Positions 1 to 7,539 of a DNA stretch of 52,452 nucleotides are shown one piece after another. Position 1 is the first letter of the stretch, and each line of letters starts with the position of its first letter. The translations under genes and the position numbers were made by a program. Under the pieces are notes generated by a model that was given only the letters and a program-made list of their open reading frames with translations, was not told the origin of the DNA and did no database searches. This DNA is from a virus (lineage: Duplodnaviria; Caudoviricetes), in the IMG/VR virus record IMGVR_UViG_3300010358_000003, positions 1 to 52,452 of that record; one strand, written 5' to 3'.

Positions 1-9
1 AACGCCCAA

Positions 10-756
10 TTGGGCAGAAAGAGAATGACTATGTCTATCACCTCTATTGTGACTCCATCCGGGATGACTCAGCCCAAAAGCAAGGCAACGCTTAAGGCGT
101 CAACAGCCTTGAACGGGAACGGGCATATCAAACTCGCCGATGCCATCGAGTCGTTTTTTGAGTGGGGATCAAACATGGCGGGCGTTGACGGAAACATCGT
201 CCGCGCTCTTAATTTTTGGGGGACAGACTCCAAAGAAGACAAGGCCGCCCGCGACGATCTATGGAAGGCAATGAATTGCGGCTACCTAGTCCGCAAGCTC
301 GGATACACGCGAGACCATGCAGCGGTCGTTTATGGCCGGATGAAATACAACAGCAAGAATCCAGATAACAACACAGACGACCATCGCACGGCTGAGGAAC
401 AACGTGTCATTGACACATGCCGCCAAATGAAGAGTCGCGCCATGAAGCTAGCAGGCATCAGCGATCAAACTGAGGCGCAACGTCTTGCGCTAGAATCCGC
501 GCAAGAGACTCGCGAACAGAAAAAGCGTGAAACTGAGGCACGCGAGTTACAACTTATCAAGGCGGACGAAATTGTGAACCCGTCAGACGAAACCGACCCT
601 ATCGAAGCCCTAACGCGCGTTGCACTGACTCTTAAGGCGTTGCAGAAAAAATACGCTCTTAAGCTTAATGGTGACATTGGTTCGGCATGGCGCAATTGGA
701 TTGACGACGCGCCCGTCGGAACGAAAGCGCCTAAGGTATCTTCCAAGAAAAAGTAA
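10..756 (+). CDS. Hypothetical early protein (true start may be ATG 25 or 31)
   Basis: 248-aa ORF, charged/helical C-terminal half, followed directly by an intrinsic terminator. Confidence 0.7.
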   Translation: MGRKRMTMSITSIVTPSGMTQPKSKATLKASTALNGNGHIKLADAIESFFEWGSNMAGVDGNIVRALNFWGTDSKEDKAARDDLWKAMNCGYLVRKLGYTRDHAAVVYGRMKYNSKNPDNNTDDHRTAEEQRVIDTCRQMKSRAMKLAGISDQTEAQRLALESAQETREQKKRETEARELQLIKADEIVNPSDETDPIEALTRVALTLKALQKKYALKLNGDIGSAWRNWIDDAPVGTKAPKVSSKKK

Positions 757-765
757 ACTCACACT

Positions 766-795
766 GGGGAGCGCGCAAACGCGCTCCCCTTTTTT
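766..795 (+). terminator. Rho-independent terminator
   Basis: GGGGAGCGCG-CAAA-CGCGCTCCCC stem-loop followed by a T run, just after the stop at 756. Confidence 0.85.
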
Positions 796-863
796 GCTTC
801 GCGCTATGCGACGCGTGCGACGCATAGCGCGGTGCAATCCTGCCCGCATAATGGAGCATTACC

Positions 864-1178
864 ATGCGACATACCAAACATAATCTAAAACTCAATAGCG
901 CGCGTTTCCTGGAATGGATAGCGGCACGCGAGTGCGTGACAGAGCGCGCCTATGGCGATATTCCTGGGATCATACCTGCGGAACGCTCCGCGAGTAGCAT
1001 GGACTCGATTATTGATCCTACTACTGGCAAGTGGAAAATACTATCAGGAAAAGAGTATCTCGCGACACTGCGAAGGTACTTGCGCGATGACATTACCTCG
1101 CAAGAGCGCGCTTATTTGTGGCGCCGATTTATGGGTGATCCAGCTTACTTGCCATTGCCGAGGCCGCGCGCGATCTAG
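864..1178 (+). CDS. Hypothetical protein
   Basis: 104-aa ORF, GGAG Shine-Dalgarno upstream, terminator downstream. Confidence 0.7.
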   Translation: MRHTKHNLKLNSARFLEWIAARECVTERAYGDIPGIIPAERSASSMDSIIDPTTGKWKILSGKEYLATLRRYLRDDITSQERAYLWRRFMGDPAYLPLPRPRAI

Positions 1179-1195
1179 ACCAGCACGACTCCAAC

Positions 1196-1229
1196 AAGCC
1201 GGCGTTCGCAAGAACGCCGGCTTTTTATT
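1196..1229 (+). terminator. Rho-independent terminator
   Basis: AAGCCGGCGTTC-GCAA-GAACGCCGGCTT followed by TTTATT. Confidence 0.85.
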
Positions 1230-1239
1230 GTCTTAATGA

Positions 1240-1373
1240 TAGCACGTGCTACTGGTTGCGCTTTTACGAAGGTATCTAATTACAAGGTAGTTTTAAGTTT
1301 CTAGCACGTGCTACTGGTTGCGCTTTTACGAAGGTATCTAATTACAAGGTAGTTTTAAGTTTCTAGCACGTGC
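1240..1373. repeat. Exact 62-bp tandem duplication plus a partial third copy
   Basis: 1240-1301 is identical to 1302-1363; TAGCACGTGC recurs at 1364-1373; each unit starts with the palindrome TAGCACGTGCTA. Confidence 0.95.
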
Positions 1374-1513
1374 CATCGGATGGCACGTATTTTTTATCAC
1401 CTATTACAACATGCTATAGGACGCGCTAGAAAACGCCAAACGATAGAGCGCTGTACCAGTATATCACCAAAAATCGCTTACCAATGGACCATGCTAATAG
1501 GTGAGGGGTGCTT

Positions 1514-1863
1514 TGTGCCGGTCTGTGCCGGCGATTCGGTGGCTACCACAGAGCTTTGTGCCGAGGATATCGTTGCGGCACAGGGACTGTGCCGATTTTT
1601 CCGATTGTGCCGGTCCGACCAATGGCAGGGGGTCCCCAAGGGGGTCACGTGCCAGCGTGCCGCCAGATTCTCTCTCTCTCTCTCGCGGAAAATAATATAT
1701 ATATATATATATAGGATGATTGTGGCAAAATTGTGGCAGTGTGATTCAGTTTTTGTCTTTTTCCGCGACACTTTTGGAAAAATCGGCACAGTCCCTGTGC
1801 CGCAGGCACTTCCTCGGCACAACGCAGTGCAAATAAGAAAAAAAGCCGACACATGCCGGCACA
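1514..1863. repeat. Origin-like region: TGTGCCG iterons, 29-bp inverted repeat, central (TC)8 and (AT)n tracts
   Basis: Perfect inverted repeat 1574-1602 / 1776-1804; TGTGCCG copies on the left and CGGCACA copies on the right; (TC)8 at 1669-1684; alternating AT at 1695-1713. Origin function is an inference. Confidence 0.6.
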
Positions 1864-1885
1864 AAGGTTTATAATCCTATAAAGT

Positions 1886-1906
1886 GGTGTCACATAATGT
1901 GACACC
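1886..1906. promoter_or_regulatory. Palindromic operator-like site, copy 1
   Basis: GGTGTCACATAATGTGACACC (symmetry extends to 1884-1908); TATAAT at 1870-1875 just upstream. Confidence 0.8.
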
Positions 1907-2029
1907 ACACCCTCCATGCAAGCCGATCAGTTTGACGTGCACCATGAGCCTGTGCAAATATGCGCAGAAGCCGCGTGGTAGCAAGCACGCGGCCTCTGCT
2001 GACCACAATCGAGATCGGAGGTCTCAATC

Positions 2030-2392
2030 ATGGCTGGATATACCGATATCATGGGCCAGCGTTTCGGGCACCTCGTTGTGCTGAAATTTGCCGGCCGCAA
2101 TTACCACAAGCAAACCAGGTGGCGGTGCCAGTGCGATTGCGGTAATCAGATCACCGCTTATGCGCACGACCTGGCAAATGCGCGCTCATGTGGATGGGAT
2201 TGCCCGTTCGCTGCGCCAGCGTCCGACCGGATCAAGCCGACCATATCCGCACCACACCCGCCGACGGAAGCCGATATACGGCGCATGCTGGAGCAGAAAC
2301 ACCGGCGGGAGCAGGAATTAGAGGATATACGCGCAGCCGTAAGAGATGGCAGGCCGCTCCCTGCTCCACAAGTGAACAGGAGCCGCTGGTGA
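2030..2392 (+). CDS. Protein with the CxCDCG zinc-type domain seen in phage HNH/AP2-associated proteins; no nuclease domain
   Basis: GQRFGHLVVL...WRCQCDCG...SCG motif; GGAGG SD upstream. Confidence 0.7.
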   Translation: MAGYTDIMGQRFGHLVVLKFAGRNYHKQTRWRCQCDCGNQITAYAHDLANARSCGWDCPFAAPASDRIKPTISAPHPPTEADIRRMLEQKHRREQELEDIRAAVRDGRPLPAPQVNRSRW

Positions 2393-2664
2393 CCACCTCC
2401 ATGTTGCCAGGCATCGAGGCAACCGGACCGCCTGTCATGCCGAGAGTAGAAACAAACATGCCAACGCAATTCGACCCGCTCAAGGCCGCACGCGAGGAAC
2501 TCGCCGGCCTCGGCGACATTCACCGCGTGCTCTTGCGACGCGAGCGCAAGGCCGAAGAAGCCATGTCAGAAGCCGAGAACGAGCTTAACGCCATACGCAA
2601 GCTTATTGGCTATGTTCAAATCGGTCAGAACCAGCTTAAAGAACGAATCAAGGAACTGGAGTAG
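2389..2664 (+). CDS. Small coiled-coil hypothetical protein (start uncertain: 2389, 2401 or 2458)
   Basis: Heptad-rich C-terminal part of the track ORF 2188..2664; GTG overlaps the upstream stop. Confidence 0.55.
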   Translation: MTTSMLPGIEATGPPVMPRVETNMPTQFDPLKAAREELAGLGDIHRVLLRRERKAEEAMSEAENELNAIRKLIGYVQIGQNQLKERIKELE

Positions 2665-2685
2665 CCAAAATAACTAGAATGATAA

Positions 2686-2706
2686 GGTGTCACATAATGT
2701 GACACC
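2686..2706. promoter_or_regulatory. Palindromic operator-like site, copy 2
   Basis: GGTGTCACATAATGTGACACC, intergenic; TAGAAT at 2675-2680. Confidence 0.8.
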
Positions 2707-2763
2707 CTGGAAATGGGGAGCTGGAAATGAAAATGCGTCGTTGTCAGGTAAGGACACAGCCAC

Positions 2764-3207
2764 ATGGCAATTATCCAGGAAACGCTCGACGGGCAGCTGA
2801 GCATCGTGGTCATTGACGGGCTCAGCTTTGCTGAATTGCGCTTAGCCAACCTGGTCCGTGACCGGGAATGGGACCCCTCCCATCCCATCACGCTGGAGTT
2901 CAGGGGTAACGAGCTTGGCGGCGAATGCGGCGAGGCGCAGAACATCATCAAGAAACTTGCCAGGGCGCGCCTTGGCGTCCGGGGAACAACAGCGACCGTG
3001 GAAGACCTCGCGGAAGACCTCGTGGAAAACCTCGCAAGGAAACTAGCCGACGTGGTAATCTGCGCAGACCTGATCGCGATGGCGATCGGAGTCGACCTCG
3101 GCAAAATGGTGCGTGAGAAATTCAACGAGAGCAGCGATAGGCTTGATCCGGCTTCAAGGCTGAAAGAAAATGCCCAGGACCAGAGCCAGACGTTCGAAGG
3201 CAGCTGA
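2764..3207 (+). CDS. MazG-like nucleotide pyrophosphohydrolase (possibly degenerate)
   Basis: NELGGECGEAQNIIKKL ... LADVVICADLIA ... VREKFNESSDR pattern typical of phage MazG-like proteins. Confidence 0.75.
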   Translation: MAIIQETLDGQLSIVVIDGLSFAELRLANLVRDREWDPSHPITLEFRGNELGGECGEAQNIIKKLARARLGVRGTTATVEDLAEDLVENLARKLADVVICADLIAMAIGVDLGKMVREKFNESSDRLDPASRLKENAQDQSQTFEGS

Positions 3208-3574
3208 GCAGCTCAACAGGCAGATCGCGAGCGCGCATCCGGACCGGCAGCGCCACTCCGACGGCTGGATTGGCGACGCCGCGCACCGCCGGCGCAAAAG
3301 CGACCACAATCCCAACAAGGACGGCGTGGTGCTCGCCGAGGACATTACCCATGATCCGGCGAACGGCTTCGATGCGTCCAGGCTGGCCGAAAGCCTGCGC
3401 AGGTCCAGGGACCCCCGTATCGATTACGTGATTCACAACAAGCGCATTTTCAGCGGAGACAAGGGCTGGCGATGGCGGCCCTATGACGGCCACCCGCACA
3501 GTGGCCACATCCACATTTCCTTCGCCAAGGATTCCGAGCTATACGACGACGGCAAACCGTGGGTGATCGAGTAG
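3170..3574 (+). CDS. Putative M15-like zinc peptidase (cell-wall hydrolase-type domain)
   Basis: SDGWIGDAAH...SDHNP...AEDITHDP...HSGHIHISF gives H, D and HxH Zn-ligand spacing of the Hedgehog/DD-peptidase fold. Confidence 0.6.
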   Translation: MPRTRARRSKAAEQLNRQIASAHPDRQRHSDGWIGDAAHRRRKSDHNPNKDGVVLAEDITHDPANGFDASRLAESLRRSRDPRIDYVIHNKRIFSGDKGWRWRPYDGHPHSGHIHISFAKDSELYDDGKPWVIE

Positions 3575-3632
3575 CATCCGCACCCGCACCCCGCCTGCCT
3601 TCACATCCGCGTAGGAAAGAGGAGAAAACCCT

Positions 3633-3959
3633 ATGGCCGCAGTTCCCGTGGTTCTCAACGGCGTCATGTACCCCAAGGGCAGGGACGCAAACGACCAGCC
3701 CGTGCCAGCCGTGTTCTGCGGCTATCTCTCGATCGAGGGTTTGTCCGTCGGCGGCGGGCCGGTCATCCCCGACACGCCGGTGCCGCCCGACCCGCCGATC
3801 GACGTGCCGCCTGACCAACCGCCGCCGTCCGGCCCGAGCGTTGCCGTGGTCGTCAAGCCGGCGCCCGTGACAGGGGGATGGGGGATTGCAACCGACACCT
3901 CAGGCACGTTCAAGTGGTTTTTCACCCCGGGCACCACGACGGCCAGCCCCAAACGGTAA
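3633..3959 (+). CDS. Proline-rich hypothetical protein
   Basis: 108 aa, strong GAGGAG SD, central PPDPPIDVPPDQPPP tract. Confidence 0.7.
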   Translation: MAAVPVVLNGVMYPKGRDANDQPVPAVFCGYLSIEGLSVGGGPVIPDTPVPPDPPIDVPPDQPPPSGPSVAVVVKPAPVTGGWGIATDTSGTFKWFFTPGTTTASPKR

Positions 3960-4095
3960 TCTAATCCTCCCCGCGACTGGGCCGCCCCGGCGGCCCACCC
4001 TTCCAATGCCCCGCCAAGCTTCGCCAGAAGCCCGCCCATGAGCGATCTGACATTCCAGGACCTCCAACCCGCCACACCCACCTGCAGCGCTGTGG

Positions 4096-4126
4096 GGCGC
4101 CCAGGCGCCCAGGCGCCCAGGCGCCC
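4096..4126. repeat. 8-bp tandem repeat (GGCGCCCA x about 4)
   Basis: Read directly in the intergenic region upstream of the gene at 4209. Confidence 0.85.
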
Positions 4127-4208
4127 CGGTTCGAGGAATAGTTGCCACGCCGTAACCTCTCATGGTAGTATCATCTTGCGGCTAACCCTAACCAAGGACA
4201 CAACCAAC

Positions 4209-4886
4209 ATGAGAAACCTGTTGCTGGCCGGCGCAGCTGCGCTGGCGCTGACCTCTTATGCCCTTGACGAGGCACGTGCCGACGTCATCATCAATAACCA
4301 GCTGTCTGGTACGGGTGACAACGTGATCTTCGACTCTGCGACTCCAGGCAGTCTCGTTGTCGGCAGCTTCAACGGCCAGCATCAAGGGCTCGTTGATTTT
4401 ACCTGCCTGGGCGGCTGCGCCAACTACACCGGTGTTCAAAACGGCAACGACCTGAAAATCACGGCAACCGGCCTCACCAACATGCAGGTTCAGGTCTTCG
4501 ACACGACTGGCCTCAACCCGTTGGCCACGGCGACCGATGTCTTTTCCATCACCGGCACTGGCGACGTGAAAGTAGGCGTCACCGCAAACGAGGCAGGTGG
4601 CGGCACCAAATTGTTCACCTTCGACCTGAATTCACTCTTCGGCCCGCTCGGTCCTGGACAGAACGGGTTTACCCTGACCGCCATCAACAACGAGAGCATC
4701 AACAAGTTCACGCTTCTCGATGTGGGTGGGACAATCACCGATTTTGAGCATTATCGCGTGGATGTCGCCAATCCGCTGGCAGTCCCCGGTCCAGTTGCAG
4801 GTGCCGGTTGGCCTGGGATCGCGTTTGCAAGCCTTGGCATGCTTTGGTTTGGACGCAATCGCCAGCGGCGCAGCAGCGTGCTATGA
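4209..4886 (+). CDS. Secreted protein with a PEP-CTERM-like (VPGP) sorting signal
   Basis: AAGGA SD; signal peptide MRNLLLAGAAALAL...ARA; C-terminus VPGPVAGAGWPG + hydrophobic helix + RNRQRR. Confidence 0.8.
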   Translation: MRNLLLAGAAALALTSYALDEARADVIINNQLSGTGDNVIFDSATPGSLVVGSFNGQHQGLVDFTCLGGCANYTGVQNGNDLKITATGLTNMQVQVFDTTGLNPLATATDVFSITGTGDVKVGVTANEAGGGTKLFTFDLNSLFGPLGPGQNGFTLTAINNESINKFTLLDVGGTITDFEHYRVDVANPLAVPGPVAGAGWPGIAFASLGMLWFGRNRQRRSSVL

Positions 4887-5215
4887 TGCGCGGCGGCCCG
4901 GCATTACAAGTGCCGGGCCGCCACTTGACGATGGAAATACGCATACCCCGGTTCATCGTTCTAGCGTGCCGCTGGACCTTCGACCGGCTGGCGGTGGCGC
5001 TCATGCCGCCGCCTCGCCCTATCGGGCTTGTCATCCTTGGCTACAATCTCACCTGGACTGATGTGGGTCTTGCGGCGTGGACCATGGTCCTCGCCGCCGG
5101 CAGCTGGTGGTGGTACGGCCGCCCGCTCATGGCGGCCGCCGTGATCCTGACCATCATCGCCGGCTGCGCGCTGACACCACTGCCATCGGAAAAACCCGAA
5201 GAAAAGAAGGAGTAA
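4883..5215 (+). CDS. Small membrane protein (start uncertain)
   Basis: ATG overlaps the upstream stop; 2-3 hydrophobic segments and a charged C-terminal tail. Confidence 0.55.
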   Translation: MMRGGPALQVPGRHLTMEIRIPRFIVLACRWTFDRLAVALMPPPRPIGLVILGYNLTWTDVGLAAWTMVLAAGSWWWYGRPLMAAAVILTIIAGCALTPLPSEKPEEKKE

Positions 5216-5220
5216 CCAGC

Positions 5221-5790
5221 ATGAAGAAATTGCTTGCTTCCACTGCGCTGCTCACCACACTGGCAACGCAGGCACCGGCTGCCGTCATCACCGATCTCGG
5301 TCTCGATCCGACCTCGGCATCGGGGTCGTTCAATCATTCACTTGGCTCGAGCACGAGCGCATTCGACGATCAGTATATCTTCCACCTCGACCACACCATG
5401 ACGCTGACCATTGCCAGCGTCACCAACGTGTTCCCGAGCCCGACCGACTTTATCACGAGCTTCACGGGAACCGTGTTCAGCGACCCGGACGGCATCATCG
5501 GCAACGGCGACGATATCCCGCTCATCGGCCCTGTGCTCGCGACCACACCATGCGGCGCGATCGCGCTCTGTCAGGGCTTTGCCGGCAGCGCCGTCCTTGC
5601 CGCAGGGAACTACTATCTGGACATTTCCGGCGTGGCGGGTGGTACCTCCGGCTACGGCGGCAACCTGGCAACCTTCGCCGTTGTCCCCGGTCCAGTGATT
5701 GGCGCGGGGATGCCAGGTGCCGCGCTCGGCCTGCTTGGTCTTGGCTGGGTTTTAACCCGCGTGCCAAAGAAACGCGCCGCGAGCGCATAA
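5221..5790 (+). CDS. Secreted FxDxF-like protein with a PEP-CTERM-like (VPGP) sorting signal
   Basis: AAGGAG SD; signal peptide MKKLLASTALL...APA; FDDQYIF, YYLDISG and YGGNL motifs; C-terminus VPGPVIGAGMPG + TM + KKR. Confidence 0.8.
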   Translation: MKKLLASTALLTTLATQAPAAVITDLGLDPTSASGSFNHSLGSSTSAFDDQYIFHLDHTMTLTIASVTNVFPSPTDFITSFTGTVFSDPDGIIGNGDDIPLIGPVLATTPCGAIALCQGFAGSAVLAAGNYYLDISGVAGGTSGYGGNLATFAVVPGPVIGAGMPGAALGLLGLGWVLTRVPKKRAASA

Positions 5791-5982
5791 CCGACGACTG
5801 GGCTGTAACGCTTGGAGCAGCCTTGTCCAGGCCCGGGCGCCGAGGATAGCCGCAAACCTACCCTCCTACTCGCGCCCGGGCCGCCTGCGAAAGACCTGAC
5901 CGTCTCGAAGGCGCGTTGTGGGGCGTCGCCATTGGCCTGGTGGTCGTGGCCATCTGGTTGATATTCCATGTGAGATGGTGAG

Positions 5983-6387
5983 GTGGTGATGAACAAGCCG
6001 ATTTTGTTGATAGATTTCGACGGCGTTTTGCACCAGTATACGAGCGGGTGGAAGGGCGAGGATAACATCCCCGACCCGCCCGTGCCGGGCGCGTTGCGTT
6101 GGCTGCTCAAAGCCAGCGAATATTTCGACGTGCAGATTTACTCGTCGCGCTCCAGAACACCTGCGGGTATACGAGCGATGATCATCTGGCTGCGCGGTCA
6201 TGCCGTCCGTGAGTGGGGTGATTCTGGCCGCGCCGAAGAGTTCATGGACATGATGAAATTTCCAGTATTGAAACCTTCGGCATTCCTGACGATCGACGAC
6301 CGGGCGATATGTTTCAACGGAGATTTTGAATCACCGACTCTTAACCCAACGGCGCTACTTAAATTCAAGCCATGGAATAAACGGTGA
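5983..6387 (+). CDS. HAD-superfamily phosphatase/nucleotidase-like protein
   Basis: DFDGV motif I, YSSR motif II, KP...IDDR motifs III/IV. Confidence 0.8.
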   Translation: MVMNKPILLIDFDGVLHQYTSGWKGEDNIPDPPVPGALRWLLKASEYFDVQIYSSRSRTPAGIRAMIIWLRGHAVREWGDSGRAEEFMDMMKFPVLKPSAFLTIDDRAICFNGDFESPTLNPTALLKFKPWNKR

Positions 6388-6581
6388 AGATTTTTTCTCG
6401 TTATCCGACTGACGACAAATTAATAACTAGCGACTATCGTGCGATACTCCAATTATTCCGCGCTCATAATCGCGAGGTAATCTCGCGTCATTCTGATCCA
6501 TGCCCTGAATGCGGGTTATGTAATCCCGAGTGGAAAGACTCGTGCCAACATAAAGACTGGTGTCCAAACTATCGCCGCTAA
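6384..6581 (+). CDS. Small Cys-rich hypothetical protein
   Basis: 65 aa with CPECG...C..H...C; start overlaps the upstream stop. Confidence 0.5.
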   Translation: MKIFSRYPTDDKLITSDYRAILQLFRAHNREVISRHSDPCPECGLCNPEWKDSCQHKDWCPNYRR

Positions 6582-6607
6582 CTACCTGACAAACCTATAT
6601 TTTTCAC

Positions 6608-6637
6608 TTGACAAAACACTATATTTTACGCTATAAT
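6608..6637 (+). promoter_or_regulatory. Sigma70-type promoter
   Basis: TTGACA (6608-6613), 18-nt spacer, TATAAT (6632-6637) in an AT-rich intergenic region. Confidence 0.8.
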
Positions 6638-6674
6638 TCTGCTTGATGTTGGGTAATCCCTCATCAAGCAGAAA

Positions 6675-6695
6675 GGTGTCACATAATGTGACACC
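6675..6695. promoter_or_regulatory. Palindromic operator-like site, copy 3
   Basis: GGTGTCACATAATGTGACACC between the promoter and the SD of the gene at 6720. Confidence 0.85.
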
Positions 6696-6719
6696 AGATT
6701 TACTGAACAGGAGTTTCCA

Positions 6720-7451
6720 ATGCATTTACCACAGTTTGACTATGAAAGCATGATGTTCGACAACTGGCGTGCGTTTCACGTCGTTCATGAATGGTATTTC
6801 GTTCAGTTCGATACTGGCGAATGTGCTGTCGTCGGTCGCCGCTGGTCTCCCACTGAACGAAAGGTCTACCAGAACCTTCATCTCCAGGTGACGAGCACAA
6901 ACGACAAGGACTGCCCGCCGTTGTTTATTCCTGGGCAGGAAAGTAACAAGCCAATTCCCAAGTCACACCTCAATCATAAGGGGATGCAGGTACTCTTGCT
7001 GGATCACGACTCACAACGCGCGGTTTCACTCGACGGCTGGAGCTGGATGACCAGTGATACCGACGCAGGCCGCACAATTCCGGAACGCTTTGTCAGCCCG
7101 GACCGACGTGGCCGCAACGTGTGCGCCTACTACGCCGGCCCTGGCGCTTTTCCATTGGGCGCGGTGCCGATCACAAGACACTACCCGCATCCACTTACCG
7201 CGGTTCAACGTGCGCACATCACCGAACTCAAGAATGCATGCGAGTTGTGGCTTCAGATGCAGCCTGATCCCGTGGAACTCGGCCGAGAGCACCATGAGAT
7301 GGTCCGTGATGTACAAACCAGAGTGGACTATTTTGTGGATATGCCGTTCAGCGTGCTGACCACACATCAACGCCTGGCAATTGCCTCGCGTGGATTCGAC
7401 ATGATCAAACAAGAGACCAATGCCTACCTGACGTTCAAAACCCGGTTCTAG
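6720..7451 (+). CDS. Hypothetical protein
   Basis: 243-aa ORF with AGGAG SD. Confidence 0.75.
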   Translation: MHLPQFDYESMMFDNWRAFHVVHEWYFVQFDTGECAVVGRRWSPTERKVYQNLHLQVTSTNDKDCPPLFIPGQESNKPIPKSHLNHKGMQVLLLDHDSQRAVSLDGWSWMTSDTDAGRTIPERFVSPDRRGRNVCAYYAGPGAFPLGAVPITRHYPHPLTAVQRAHITELKNACELWLQMQPDPVELGREHHEMVRDVQTRVDYFVDMPFSVLTTHQRLAIASRGFDMIKQETNAYLTFKTRF

Positions 7452-7492
7452 TTTAACAAGCGAGATCAGGAGAGGAGTAACTGACTCAAGAA

Positions 7493-7513
7493 GGTGTCAC
7501 ATTGTGTGACACC
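7493..7513. promoter_or_regulatory. Palindromic operator-like site, copy 4
   Basis: GGTGTCACATTGTGTGACACC upstream of the AAA ATPase gene. Confidence 0.8.
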
Positions 7514-7539
7514 AACTCACTTAAAAAAGGTCCAGCAAA

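Noticed and set aside
1240-1373. Possible CRISPR array
   Set aside because: The units are fully identical with no unique spacers and there is no cas operon; this is a tandem duplication.
1886-1906. Palindrome as a dif/Xer site or a CRP box
   Set aside because: It shares CATAATGT with dif but lacks the XerD arm; the TGTGA/TCACA half-sites are in the opposite order and spacing to a CRP box.
1380-1917. Overlapping ORFs in both directions across the origin-like region
   Set aside because: The translations are repeat-derived (IYIYIY, SLSLS, RERERE) and lack SD signals; the region is best read as non-coding.
4038-4208. N-terminal extensions in the ORF track (also 5077, 15332, 37397 and 38815 starts)
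   Set aside because: Downstream ATGs have better SD sequences, start-stop overlaps or begin at signal peptides/domain boundaries.
5850-5981. Short TM-coding frame (...LEGALWGVAIGLVVVAIWLIFHVRW)
   Set aside because: No convincing start codon after the in-frame TAG at 5847-5849; it may be a gene remnant but cannot be supported.
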